Assembly (NCBI GenBank): GCA_965223325.1
Contig: CBDCWI010000002.1
Coordinates: forward strand, 3,392,001-3,456,000
Direction of reading: 5' to 3'
Length of the DNA: 64,000 bases
Source: Candidatus Multivoradales bacterium
GTDB taxonomy: Bacteria; Acidobacteriota; Thermoanaerobaculia; Multivoradales; Multivoraceae
The position numbers were made by a program, and so were the translations under genes. Below, piece by piece: positions 10,814 through 20,651 of this stretch (the first letter of the stretch is position 1; every line of letters begins with the position of its first letter). The notes below the pieces were generated by a model. The model saw nothing but the letters and a program-made list of their open reading frames with translations, searched no databases and was not told the origin of the DNA.

Positions 10814-11425
10814 CTAGGGGCCGCGCTGCAGCCGTTCGAGAATCGGCAGGTCGTCGACGTAGAGCTCTTCGAGAACACCGCGCCCGTTCTTGACCCTCAC
10901 CGTCACATAGGCCGGGCGTCCTTCGCCGTTGTTCTCGCGGTACACGCGTTCTGCTTCGGGAGCCGCTTCTTCTTCCATATAGAAGCGCGAAAACGGTAGC
11001 TCGTAGGTCACGCCCTCAGCGTTCCACCACATGACCCGCAGCTCGAGGTGGTCCTCGAGGGGGCGTGTTCTGGTGGCTTCACCGAGAGTCGCAAAGCCCT
11101 CTTCATCCACCTGGAGCGGTACGAACACTTTCATGCGACGCTGGAGCTCGAGACCGTCGGGAACCGGCCCGACCGTGTCGGCAAACCCGAGCGCCACATA
11201 GCGACCGCGAAACGCATCGTAGGGATCGACCGGAGCCGTCCTGAAGCGGTACTCGGAGCCCTCACGAAGCACCTCCTCGTGCTGGAGAATCGTCCAACCG
11301 GGAACCGCCAGCTGAACCACTGCCACGACCCCAAGAAGGCCAAGGAGCAGGCGGCGCGGCATTCTCACCGTAGGGAGGCCAAACAGAGAGGGGCGATTGC
11401 TCGCACGGCTTCCGGCGTCAATCAT
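10814..11425 (-). CDS. GDYXXLXY domain membrane-anchored protein
   Basis: TAPVDPYDAFRGRYVAL and RFYMEE motifs; ATGA coupling to the DUF2157 gene, its usual partner. Confidence 0.8.
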   Translation of the reverse strand: MIDAGSRASNRPSLFGLPTVRMPRRLLLGLLGVVAVVQLAVPGWTILQHEEVLREGSEYRFRTAPVDPYDAFRGRYVALGFADTVGPVPDGLELQRRMKVFVPLQVDEEGFATLGEATRTRPLEDHLELRVMWWNAEGVTYELPFSRFYMEEEAAPEAERVYRENNGEGRPAYVTVRVKNGRGVLEELYVDDLPILERLQRGP

Positions 11426-12750
11426 GCGACACCTCCCGTGCTCAGGCGCTGTCGGCGAATGAGCAACCAGTTGACTGCAAAGAAGCCGAGACCCAGGATG
11501 ATGAAGACCAGACCGCGGATCACCATGTCGACATCGGAGTCGAAGAAGCGAGCGAGAATGAGTGCGGCAAGCACCGCCATGCCGGCGTTGGCATAGCGGA
11601 GGCTCTCGGAGCGAAAGCCGTGCGTGATGGTCCCAACGCCCAGAACGAAGAGATAGGCATTGAGGAGAAGCTGGGCGACCGACGCGTTCGGCATCAGACA
11701 GGCCAGGGTAATGACCGGGATCGCCGCCAACCACAGCCACTCGTACCAGCGCGGCCGGCGAACAAACAGGAAAGCCAGTAGGCCAGCGAGCAAGAGCGCC
11801 GCCACCAGAAGCTGTAGAGCATTCTCGGTCCTCAGCAGCGAGCTCACGTCAACCGGCACTTGCAACCACTCCTGCCAGACGACTTCGTAGCTGAGAATCA
11901 AACTCAACACCGAGGTTCCCAGCACTCCGGCAGACCGGAAAGGTCGCAACATAGCATTGGAACGCGACGGCGAAAGGTAGCCACCGAGAACGAGGAAGGA
12001 GCCGAACAAGATGGCGTAGAGGACCGGCCAGAGCTCCTCGGCAAGGTCGGACAGACCAAGACCGAGGCTGAACGTGAGAACCCCAGCAGTCGTCCAGCCC
12101 AGCAGGACCGTGCCGGGCTTTTCCCGGTGGCGCAGAAAGCGCTGCACGAGGAGCGGCGCCACCAGGAGCAGAAGACCCCAGAAGCCAACGCCACTTTCGA
12201 ACTCCCACATAGCGGCAGGAACCCAGGCCGCCAAGCCGATCAAGTAGAGGCAAAGGCCGCTCACCGAGCGCAGGAGCCAGGGCACCGGCATCGCCAACAG
12301 AAGCCAGCGCAACATGAAGGTCTCGTAGCCCCCGCCGATCTGGTAGGTCTGCTCAATCAGAGCCAGGGCCGCCCCCAGGGAGAGGATCCAGCCCACCGAA
12401 ACACCCTCGCGCCAGGCGCTACCACGACGCCGCCAGAGGGTATGGGCCGCAAAGCCGAGACTGATGAGCAGCGGCACAATGGCAATCACACTGCGCACCG
12501 GCCGGGAGAGTTCCGGCCAGTTGTGAGCGAGCAGAAGAATCACCCCTCCGCCAACGAGCGTTGCGCCGAGGACGGAAAAGAGCACGATAGCAACCGGCCG
12601 CGCCGGAGACTCCGCCGGCTCGCCAAAGTGTTCACGCAGGCGCAGGGCGGTGGATTCGTCGAGAACCCCGGCCTCGATCAGCCCCGGCAAGCGGTCGTAC
12701 AACCAGTGAATATGGCGCGCTGTCTTCACTCTGGACTCCATCTCATGCAT
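11422..12750 (-). CDS. DUF2157 integral membrane protein
   Basis: LGATLVGGGVILLLAHNW, ALALIEQTY, RFFD and many TM helices; start uncertain (12750/12741/12729). Confidence 0.8.
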   Translation of the reverse strand: MHEMESRVKTARHIHWLYDRLPGLIEAGVLDESTALRLREHFGEPAESPARPVAIVLFSVLGATLVGGGVILLLAHNWPELSRPVRSVIAIVPLLISLGFAAHTLWRRRGSAWREGVSVGWILSLGAALALIEQTYQIGGGYETFMLRWLLLAMPVPWLLRSVSGLCLYLIGLAAWVPAAMWEFESGVGFWGLLLLVAPLLVQRFLRHREKPGTVLLGWTTAGVLTFSLGLGLSDLAEELWPVLYAILFGSFLVLGGYLSPSRSNAMLRPFRSAGVLGTSVLSLILSYEVVWQEWLQVPVDVSSLLRTENALQLLVAALLLAGLLAFLFVRRPRWYEWLWLAAIPVITLACLMPNASVAQLLLNAYLFVLGVGTITHGFRSESLRYANAGMAVLAALILARFFDSDVDMVIRGLVFIILGLGFFAVNWLLIRRQRLSTGGVA

Positions 12751-12952
12751 GCGATCGCGTGTGGCTCCTTGGCCGCGACTCTGGCCCTCCCACGGAGCCC
12801 GAAGCACGCTCTGTGCCAAGCCAGTCGAAGGGTCGAGCTCCCTTGAACAAGGAGTCGTGGGTGCCGCCTTCTACCAGCATGTACTCAGGCGCTGAACGCA
12901 GAATGAGCCGGACTGTGCCTCATATGTACCTTGGCCCCCGGGCGCTCTGGGC

Positions 12953-15280
12953 TCACTCGGGAGACGGCCTGCGCCAGACGATCTCTTCAGTCGAAACGAC
13001 ATGCCCGTCGTTTTCCTGGCCCTCGCCCAGCAGGTCCGCCCGCGAGAACCAGGACGGCTTGAGCCGGCCGGGCGAGAACAGCTTTTCGGCCTGATCGCGG
13101 TAGTGAGGAGACTCGGGACGATCGCTCTGGCCGATCGGCGGCTGGGTGTAGCTGCGGATCGGATCGCTCAGGATCACGACTTCGGTTGAAGTCTGCCCGC
13201 GCGATCCCCAACGCGTGTGGTCAGCCTGCGGGGGCTCGAAGCCGATCGAGCGCAATGTGGCCATGCCCTCCCGCGACTGTGAACCTCCACCAACCGGCCA
13301 CGACACTCCGTCATCGTTGTCGATGCGCCCTACCCGAAAGATGTCGCCGAAGACCACCTGGTCGTCGAACTGGTGGGCGAGCATGGCGGCACCAGCTTCG
13401 AGCGCCGCGACCAGCAGGTCGAGGTCACTGTCCGATACATGGCCAGGCGGTGCGGCCGGTAGGGAGCGGTCTGGGTGGTCGAGCCGCCGGAAAGGAGCCA
13501 GCGGGTCGTCGACACGTTTGACCAACGCACTCAGCGCTTCCTCCCCGAGGTCCTCGGCAAGCTGAAAGCGAAACGCCCAGTAGTGCGCCGCACCGGCGGA
13601 GTCCCGGTCCGCGCGACCATTCCAATCTCGGATCAGGACGAGCGAGCGCTTGGCGCGAGGGCTCAGTGTGCTCCTTCCCTCGGTCGCCCTTACGAGCTCG
13701 GCCTGCCAACGCTCGGCCTGATAGACCCGCGTGTCGACGGCGAGAGCCAGGAGGTCGTCCTCGCTCCACTTCTCGCGCTCCTCGAGCCAGGCGACGGCAC
13801 TCGCGCCGCGTTGATGGGTGTACCAGGCAGGCTGGTTGTAGAGATAGGGCCGGGTGCTCTCGGGCGTCAGAGGACTGCCGACGAACATTGTGTCGGGGCC
13901 GATGTTGCAGTTCTGCATCACGCCCCCCTCCGGGTTCAGCAGCGTCAGAAGGTCTTTGGTGTCGTGAATGCCCAGCCACTCGGTCGCCGAGGTGTTCCCT
14001 GGCACCGGGGCATTCCAGTCGTAGCCGTCGGGCCGCACCGGAACCCGGCCCGTCCGTTGGTAATAGATGTCGCCCTTCGTGTCGGCAACCATGACGTTCT
14101 GCGGCATGATCTGACGCACTTCGAGGGCCTTCTTGGCACCTTCGACGTCCTCGGCGACCATGAACCAGTACTTAGACTCCAGGTAGCCGATCTCGTCGGC
14201 GTATGCGAGCTTCGCAGCCCATGCAGTGGAGCCCTCGCGGGCCACAACGGGGCCATGGTGCGACGACCAGAAGGTGACCGAGCGCGGGGATGGATCGCCG
14301 GCGACTTCGAGCTCGAGGTCTCGGCGGGTGAGCGCCCGCCAACCTCCGTCGTAGCGGTAGCGGGTGCTGTCCTCTGGATCGAGCTCGAGCTCGTAGACGT
14401 CGGCCGTATCCGGGCCACCGGTAGTATGCGCCCAGGCGATGTGGTTGTTGTGACCGAGATTCACGTAGGGAAATCCGGCGGTTGCGAAGCCACTGATGTG
14501 CATGTCACCGGCATGGATGCGCACCTCCCAGTAGCGTTGCCGCCCCAACCAGGCCAGGTGGGGGTCGATGACAAGCGCCGCCGCCCCGAAGGTCGTGCGG
14601 GAGGGCGCAAACGCAAACTGGTTGGAGGCACGCAGATCGACGTCGTAGTTTGTGCGGCGTGAGATGGCCCTGAGATCCGACGCGGCCTGGCCCGCCGGCC
14701 AGCCCCAGATGAACTGGCGGCTGTAGGCCACCGGCATATAGCGATCGACAACCCGATCGCCCCACCACGCGGGCACTTCTTCCGGGTGCTCTTCCATGTA
14801 CGACGCGATGCCCTGGGTGAAGGCTTCGATGTGACGCCGGAGGGTGGGGTTGAGCTTGGCTTCGTAGTGCTCTTGCGCGACCTGATAGTGGCGCCACATC
14901 CTGGCCTCGAGGTCGGAGCGAACCCAGCGTTCGTTCTTCCCCGGTCCAAAGGCCGCCGAGTACTCGCCCATACCGAGGAGATAGTTCTTGAGAACCTGCT
15001 CGAGGCGATCACGCGCCTGCAACCACCCGGAGGCGTAAAGCGCGGCTTCTTCGCTGTCGCTGTAGATATGGGGAATGCCGTATTCGTCGAGATAGACGGT
15101 CGCACTCTCGGTGCCGGCCTCGCCCTGCCCAGCCCCTGGAGCGGCTTCCGGGGAGCGCCGGCAGCCGCCGACGAGCAAGGCGGCCATCAGCGAGACGGCG
15201 AGTACGCGGCCCAGGGATAGCGCGGCCGGCCGGGGTTTGACCCCAGGATGGTCGTTCATCAGGTGAGATGGAGTCGACAT
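12953..15280 (-). CDS. Penicillin acylase family Ntn-hydrolase (lipoprotein)
   Basis: DEYGIPHIY, GW.QARDRL, autocatalytic S-N-Q-F (SNQFAFAPSRT), DPHL, GQS.RP.SPHYRDQ; lipobox LVGGC. Confidence 0.9.
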   Translation of the reverse strand: MSTPSHLMNDHPGVKPRPAALSLGRVLAVSLMAALLVGGCRRSPEAAPGAGQGEAGTESATVYLDEYGIPHIYSDSEEAALYASGWLQARDRLEQVLKNYLLGMGEYSAAFGPGKNERWVRSDLEARMWRHYQVAQEHYEAKLNPTLRRHIEAFTQGIASYMEEHPEEVPAWWGDRVVDRYMPVAYSRQFIWGWPAGQAASDLRAISRRTNYDVDLRASNQFAFAPSRTTFGAAALVIDPHLAWLGRQRYWEVRIHAGDMHISGFATAGFPYVNLGHNNHIAWAHTTGGPDTADVYELELDPEDSTRYRYDGGWRALTRRDLELEVAGDPSPRSVTFWSSHHGPVVAREGSTAWAAKLAYADEIGYLESKYWFMVAEDVEGAKKALEVRQIMPQNVMVADTKGDIYYQRTGRVPVRPDGYDWNAPVPGNTSATEWLGIHDTKDLLTLLNPEGGVMQNCNIGPDTMFVGSPLTPESTRPYLYNQPAWYTHQRGASAVAWLEEREKWSEDDLLALAVDTRVYQAERWQAELVRATEGRSTLSPRAKRSLVLIRDWNGRADRDSAGAAHYWAFRFQLAEDLGEEALSALVKRVDDPLAPFRRLDHPDRSLPAAPPGHVSDSDLDLLVAALEAGAAMLAHQFDDQVVFGDIFRVGRIDNDDGVSWPVGGGSQSREGMATLRSIGFEPPQADHTRWGSRGQTSTEVVILSDPIRSYTQPPIGQSDRPESPHYRDQAEKLFSPGRLKPSWFSRADLLGEGQENDGHVVSTEEIVWRRPSPE

Positions 15281-15389
15281 GGGTTCTCCCCTTCAGTGAT
15301 GGGCCGCAGGGACAGCCCCTCGGGTTGGAATCAGGCAGGCCACGATATCGCTGAACAGCCGCGAAAGACGCTCTGCGAACCCTCCCTTG

Positions 15390-15398
15390 TGCTAATGT
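15390..15398 (+). promoter_or_regulatory. Extended -10 promoter (TGnTAATGT) for tRNA-Glu
   Basis: TGCTAATGT lies 17 nt upstream of the tRNA; a similar TGCTACACT precedes tRNA-Leu. Confidence 0.45.
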
Positions 15399-15415
15399 CG
15401 CTCGCTCTCGCGCTT

Positions 15416-15491
15416 GGCCCGTTCGTCTAGGGGTCTAGGACGCCGGCCTCTCACGCCGGTAACACGGGTTCGAATCCCGTACGGGCTACCA
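15416..15491 (+). tRNA. tRNA-Glu (CTC)
   Basis: Acceptor GGCCCGT/ACGGGCT, anticodon arm CCGGC-CT CTC AC-GCCGG, T arm GGTTCGAATCC, encoded CCA. Confidence 0.96.
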
Positions 15492-15524
15492 GCGCGCGGA
15501 GCGCGCTGAAGCCCGTTCGGGATT

Positions 15525-16198
15525 GCGGTTCACGAGCGACGCGCCTTCGGCGCGTTGCTCGGGTGCGAATCCCGTACGGGCTACCCTGCATCCGGTTAGG
15601 TCTTTTGGTGCGGACGGCGGTTCACGAGCGACGCGCCTGCGGCGCGGGGCTCGGGTGCGAATCCCGTACGGGCCCGCCCTGCATCCGGTTGGGTCTTTTG
15701 GTGCGGACGGCGGGGGTCGAGCGGCGCGCCTGCGGCGCGGGGCTCGGGTGCGAATCCCGTACGGGCCCGCCCTGCATCCGGTTGGGTCTTTTGGTGCGGA
15801 CGGCGGGGGTCGAGCGGAGCGCCTGCGGCGCGGGGCTCGGGTGCGAATCCCGTACGGGCCCGCCCTGCATCCGGTTGGGTCTTTTGGTGCGGACGGCGTC
15901 GGTCGAGCGGAGCGCCTCGGGTGCGAATCCCGTACGGGCCCGCCCTGCATCCGGTTGGGTCTTTTGGTGCGGACGGCGGGGGTCGAGCGGCGCGCCTGCG
16001 GCGCGGGGCTCGGGTGCGAATCCCGTACGGGCCCGCCCTGCATCCGGTTAGGTCTTTTGGTGCGGACGGCGGTGGTCGAGCGGAGCGCCTGCGGCGCGGG
16101 GCTCGGGTGCGAATCCCGTACGGGCCCGCCCTGCATCCGGTTAGGTCTCTTGGTGCGGACGGCGTTGGTCGAGCGACGCGCCTGCGGCGCGGGCTCGG
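15525..16198 (+). repeat. tRNA-linked tandem array of about 93-bp units, each containing the tRNA-Glu T-arm/acceptor 3' end
   Basis: GGGTGCGAATCCCGTACGGGC starts at 15561, 15653, 15746, 15839, 15919, 16012 and 16105 (spacings 92, 93, 93, 80, 93, 93). The tRNA's own GGGTTCGAATCCCGTACGGGC is at 15466. Confidence 0.93.
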
Positions 16199-16247
16199 AT
16201 GGTCATCCTGTTCCGGCGGCTGGCTGGTTGCGATCGGCCTTTGGCGT

Positions 16248-19200
16248 CTACCACGACTTCCAGTTGCGCTCCACGAAGCACACGGGAACTTCCGCCACGT
16301 ACTCGATGCCGGTGTCGGAGCGGTTGGCGCGCATCTCGATCGAGAGGTTGTTGAAGCGGCACATGTCGGGCATCAGGTCTTTCAGGGTGTTGCGGATGGA
16401 GTCGATGCGGGGCTGGTCGGCGGGCGAAGCTCCTTCGTCTCCCAGATCCTTGTCGGTGGGCGGACGGGTTGAGGTCGAACCGAAGGGTTGGGAAACGAAA
16501 CCGCTGATTGTTTTGAAGCGAGAGGTCGTGCCGAGGGCGTCGCCGTTGGTGATCAAGAGGGTGTAGACGTTGGAAACGCCAGCCCCCGAGCAGCTGTCGC
16601 CGCTGGCACCGGTCAAGTCTGGGATGAAGGTGTTGAAGAGCAGGAGACCTGAGATGGCGAAGGGTCTCGAGATCAGGCGTTCGTTCCCCGCCAGTTCGAT
16701 GACGTAGCCACCCCCAGTGAGCAGGTCGTCGCTGACATTGGGAGGGGCATTGGTGGCAAACCTGACCAGGTCGGTTTCTTTGGTGATCGGCGCGTTGACG
16801 TCGGTTGCCAGCTGGTCGGTGTCGGTGTTGGGTGGAGGCGGTGGTCCAGCGATCGGCCGCGAGAAGGTGTCGCGGAGGGCGATGAAGCGGCCGTGGATCT
16901 CCGAGCTCTTGAAGAGGTTCTCGCGGTTGCCGGTGCCGAAAGTCAACACGTAGCCACGTAGATCGCGCGCGTAGACGACGCCGGGGGGAATGTAGATCTC
17001 ACCCCCTTGGGTGTTGAAGATGGGGAAGGGGTCCCACGCCGGAGAAGTGACCTGCGGACCGGTCACCGAGGACTCGAGGAGCTGTGGGTTGGAAAGGTCG
17101 ACTTTGTACATGTAGCCCGCAACGGTCCCGACGTAGATCGTGTCGAGGTAGGTATCGAGATCGCTATCGACCGCCGCGGTGTCACTCGCTACGGCACCGA
17201 TGACCGGGCGCTTGTAGATCGCCCTGCCGGTCTCCATGTCCACCATGTAGATCCAGTTTCCGACCCGCGGATCGCCCGGATCGAGACCGCCACCGAAGAT
17301 CGCTACGTAGCGGGTCTCGAGCGTTTCCGGGCCACCAGGGTTGGCGACCTTGACTCGGATGCGGCCAGTAGTTGGCTTGGACCAGGTAAGGCCCAGGTCG
17401 CGACCGCCGTTGCCGTCATCGTCACGAGCGGTGCCAGCACCATCGAGATCCAGGAACTCCCAAAGCATGCGGGGGTACTCGAGGGCACCGCAGTCGCTCT
17501 CGGTGTAGGAGGTCATGCAGCTGGGGACGTACGACGAGGTCGCCTCCGGCACCAGGAGATCGGGAGTGATCGTCGAATCGACGAGCTTGTCGGGCTGGGT
17601 GAGGTCGAGGGCGTAGTAGCCGCTGCCGCCCTCGCGCTGACCACCGACCGCGACGGTACGCCACTCGCGATCGTCGGGGTCAGGAGTGCCGGCGTGCCGA
17701 GGATCGATGAAGAAGTCGTCGACGACTGGGGTGCCGTCGATTCCGAGTTCATGGACCTTCGACTGGGCAGCCCGCCGCACCCGCGGCAGGGTCATGCGCG
17801 GTATGTAGGAGAAGATCTCCTGACCTGACCCGTTCAAGAAGGGCGTCCGGTACGGCGGCGCGCCGGCTGGGGCCTCTTCCTCCGAGAAGGTCCCGGCGTC
17901 CAGGCCATGCAGCTGCCCGTCACTGGAGGGAACCAGGAGGATGCGGCGGCGAGTCCGGTGCCTCTCGAAGAAGTCGGAGTAGTTGTCTGCGTCGTCACCG
18001 TCGACCGCCTGCTTGAGATAGAGCGTGTTCGAGGGGCCGCCGACGAGCGTCGCCTCGGCATGTAGAGACTCGCCGAGAATGTACTTGCCGATGAAGGCGT
18101 TGGGTGACGTCTTTTCGATGAGGGTTCGGACCACGACGTCGAGGAGATCCTCATCTGCGGAGGCATCGGAGGGCTCCAGGCCCAGCCCGAGCATCAGGTC
18201 GCTGCGCGCAGGCTCGTCGGCGGTCGGCACGAACAAGCGTGCCGGCAGACCGATCTGGGTTGAGGTCGACGGCTGCACGCCGTAGAGGATCCGCCGTTCG
18301 CCGGGATCGGGGCCAACGCGAAAGTCGCCATCAGCGACCTCTCCGAGGCTGGGCACCTGATCGTGCGAACCCGAGTCCAAGCCGAGAATCGAAGTGTTGG
18401 CTTCCCACGCAAGGCAGAAGAGCTCATTGCGATCGTCGCAGCGATCCGTGCTGAGCGGGTCGACCAACGCACTGAAGTTGCTCGACAGGGGACGGATGAA
18501 GTGACTCACCCGGCCGTGCCAGGTCGAAGACTTCTCGAGCGGATAGAAGTTCGTGAAGAACGCCGAGAAGGGGGTGAAGGACTTGGCCGACGGGACGCCG
18601 CCGGCGGTGAAGGTCGCTGCACTGGTCTGCTCGCCGGTTGCGCCGACCAACTGCTTGAGGATCGCAACCAGTTCGTCACGATCTTCAGCCAACGGTGGAC
18701 CGTTCTCTGCGCAGTCGTACACACCGTTGCCATCATCATCTTCGGTGAAGTAGTTGGCACACTCAGGGAGCCCGTCGCCGTCGAGATCGGTGGCACCGGT
18801 GCCGCCCTCGTCGGCGATGTCGTCGAGCTTTCCGGAGAGGCCTTCTCCGAAGCCGATCACGAAGGTGCGCACACCTTTTTCATAGAGAGCCCTCGCCGCG
18901 TCACCGGGCTCGCCGTGACAGCTCTCCTTCCCGTCGGTCAACAGGATGACGAAGCGCTGCCGGCAATCGTAGTTCGGGTCGCCACCCTGAGCGGCGGGCC
19001 GGTCGGCCAGAGTCTTCCAATCATCGAACCACTCACCGAAGTCTTCGAGCGCACCAGCCAGCGGCGTGCCGCTGCCATAGGCGATCGGAGGATGGTCCTG
19101 AAACTGCGCCTTCAGTGGCACCTTGTAGTTGTCGATCAGGGGCGCGGTGTGGTCGAAGTAGCGCGCCACCCGGAAATCGGGAATCGGGTGACCGTCAGCG

Positions 19201-20399
19201 TCCTCGACGAACTCGTCGTCGACGACGGTGTTCGGGGCCAGGCGCGCCAGGATCTCTTCGGCCGCGGTGCGCTTGAAGCCATCGGGGGGCGGAATCTTGA
19301 CGCCGTCGGCGTCGTAGCGGTTGTCGTAGTCAATCCAGTCCCACGGAATCATGTCGCCGCGGGCGAACGCCGAACCGCGATTGAGCGGGTCGTTGTAGCG
19401 CGGGTAGGAAAGATCGGAGCTGGGCAGGTTGACCGGGTCAGTGGCGTCCCACCGGCGGTCGCTGTGGCAAGCACTGAGGGCGCTCCGGTCGGTGATCTGG
19501 TCGCCGAAGTCGGGCCAGTCATCGTCGAACAGCTTGACGATCGAGGCACTCGGCAGCTGCAGGGTGCCACCGTTACCGTCTGGGATTCGAAAGCCGGGGA
19601 TCGGCTCGCCGTCGCTGTCGGAGTCGGTGAAGTAGGGCTCGAGCACCAGGTCCTCGGTGTAGAAGGCACTGCCATCACACCGCACGACCGTGAAGGGGAC
19701 CGTGATCTTTCCGTCGCTCGAGGTATCACCGATCGCTCCCGTCACCGGGGCCCCGATGGTGATCTGCCAATCGTTCCCGTTCAACTCAACGAACAAGTTG
19801 GTCTGGGCGCTGAAGGTCTGGCCGAGCTTGGGGAACATGTTGAGACGCGCAATGCGCTTGGCGACATCGCTGGTGTCCTCGGGGCTCGAACAACTCTTGT
19901 AGTTGTTGTCCCCACCATCAACGTCGTCGGGATCGCCAAACATGAGCGGCTGTCCGGCGATCGGCCAACCCATTTCGCCGAACCAGGCCGGATCGGGCGA
20001 GCCGATAGGCCGGGTGTAGGCGAAGTGAAGGCGCTTGACGAAGAGGTTCTCGTAGTTGAAATGCGCCCAACCGAAGATCGCTTTCTGTTGAAGCTCGGTG
20101 TCGCCAACGACTTCGTAGAGGGCCGACTTCGCGAGGTAGAGCCTGGACTGCGGATCGTCACCGCTGGCGACGGTGGCGTCGCCGGTGGTCAGGTCGGTCA
20201 TCGAGGACGAGGTGTCGATGATGGTGAAAACGTAGGGGCGGCTGTTGCGGCTGCGCAGCAGGTCGCGGTCGTCGGCAAGCGATGCTGTCGGCAGACTCAG
20301 CAGAATGACGACGCTCGCCAGGCTGCCTACCAGGCCAAGCCGGTTGGGCGACACCTTTCTAGAAGTCGCCGTTCTAGAAGACACGGTTCTCGAAGACAT
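16248..20399 (-). CDS. PilY1/PilC-like type IV pilus tip adhesin with vWA domain (paralog 1)
   Basis: Signal peptide; MIDAS DTSSS...TPL...LTDG; C-terminal beta-propeller motifs (DGQLHGLDA, G.DGTP, GG.GYYALD, LG.TWS.P, FGTG) and DxDxDG Ca-binding loops. Confidence 0.8.
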   Translation of the reverse strand: MSSRTVSSRTATSRKVSPNRLGLVGSLASVVILLSLPTASLADDRDLLRSRNSRPYVFTIIDTSSSMTDLTTGDATVASGDDPQSRLYLAKSALYEVVGDTELQQKAIFGWAHFNYENLFVKRLHFAYTRPIGSPDPAWFGEMGWPIAGQPLMFGDPDDVDGGDNNYKSCSSPEDTSDVAKRIARLNMFPKLGQTFSAQTNLFVELNGNDWQITIGAPVTGAIGDTSSDGKITVPFTVVRCDGSAFYTEDLVLEPYFTDSDSDGEPIPGFRIPDGNGGTLQLPSASIVKLFDDDWPDFGDQITDRSALSACHSDRRWDATDPVNLPSSDLSYPRYNDPLNRGSAFARGDMIPWDWIDYDNRYDADGVKIPPPDGFKRTAAEEILARLAPNTVVDDEFVEDADGHPIPDFRVARYFDHTAPLIDNYKVPLKAQFQDHPPIAYGSGTPLAGALEDFGEWFDDWKTLADRPAAQGGDPNYDCRQRFVILLTDGKESCHGEPGDAARALYEKGVRTFVIGFGEGLSGKLDDIADEGGTGATDLDGDGLPECANYFTEDDDGNGVYDCAENGPPLAEDRDELVAILKQLVGATGEQTSAATFTAGGVPSAKSFTPFSAFFTNFYPLEKSSTWHGRVSHFIRPLSSNFSALVDPLSTDRCDDRNELFCLAWEANTSILGLDSGSHDQVPSLGEVADGDFRVGPDPGERRILYGVQPSTSTQIGLPARLFVPTADEPARSDLMLGLGLEPSDASADEDLLDVVVRTLIEKTSPNAFIGKYILGESLHAEATLVGGPSNTLYLKQAVDGDDADNYSDFFERHRTRRRILLVPSSDGQLHGLDAGTFSEEEAPAGAPPYRTPFLNGSGQEIFSYIPRMTLPRVRRAAQSKVHELGIDGTPVVDDFFIDPRHAGTPDPDDREWRTVAVGGQREGGSGYYALDLTQPDKLVDSTITPDLLVPEATSSYVPSCMTSYTESDCGALEYPRMLWEFLDLDGAGTARDDDGNGGRDLGLTWSKPTTGRIRVKVANPGGPETLETRYVAIFGGGLDPGDPRVGNWIYMVDMETGRAIYKRPVIGAVASDTAAVDSDLDTYLDTIYVGTVAGYMYKVDLSNPQLLESSVTGPQVTSPAWDPFPIFNTQGGEIYIPPGVVYARDLRGYVLTFGTGNRENLFKSSEIHGRFIALRDTFSRPIAGPPPPPNTDTDQLATDVNAPITKETDLVRFATNAPPNVSDDLLTGGGYVIELAGNERLISRPFAISGLLLFNTFIPDLTGASGDSCSGAGVSNVYTLLITNGDALGTTSRFKTISGFVSQPFGSTSTRPPTDKDLGDEGASPADQPRIDSIRNTLKDLMPDMCRFNNLSIEMRANRSDTGIEYVAEVPVCFVERNWKSW

Positions 20400-20520
20400 T
20401 GTGAAGACCTTTGGGAAGTACGCCGGACCCGATCACCGGGGAGTAACGGGGGCCCGAGCAAAAACAGCGCCTTTCTTAGCACTGAACAGACGAATAGAGC
20501 ATCCAGGCAACCTTCAGATG

Positions 20521-20536
20521 AGCAATCGATATGCCA
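20521..20536 (-). promoter_or_regulatory. Sigma54 (-24/-12) promoter upstream of PilY1-like paralog 1
   Basis: Minus strand reads TGGCATATCGATTGCT, with correct GG-N10-GC spacing, about 120 nt upstream of the ATG. Confidence 0.7.
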
Positions 20537-20651
20537 ATGCGCAAATACGGCGCTGAAAGCGGCCGCCCGTGCCTGGGAGCTCGCGCCGCTGCGGCCCCTT
20601 CGACCCGGGCGCTCTGGATCAGATTGTTACCGTTGGTAGCGCGAACGCCGA

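Noticed and set aside
15525-16198. CRISPR array
   Set aside because: The intervening sequences are near-identical rather than unique spacers, the repeat core is a tRNA 3' end, and no cas genes are present.
15486-16566. Repeat-encoded proteins (ORFs 15486-16136, 15523-16566, 15563-16051)
   Set aside because: They are open in several frames on both strands because the unit is 93 bp and GC-rich; no RBS or recognisable domain.
20356-20399. 15-bp repeat at the start of adhesin paralog 1 as a phase-variation tract
   Set aside because: Only three imperfect in-frame copies (SSRTV SSRTA TSRK); a copy-number change would not shift the frame.
18363-20639. Long antisense ORFs (also 30098-31804 and 34235-36091)
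   Set aside because: Shadow frames of real high-GC genes on the opposite strand.
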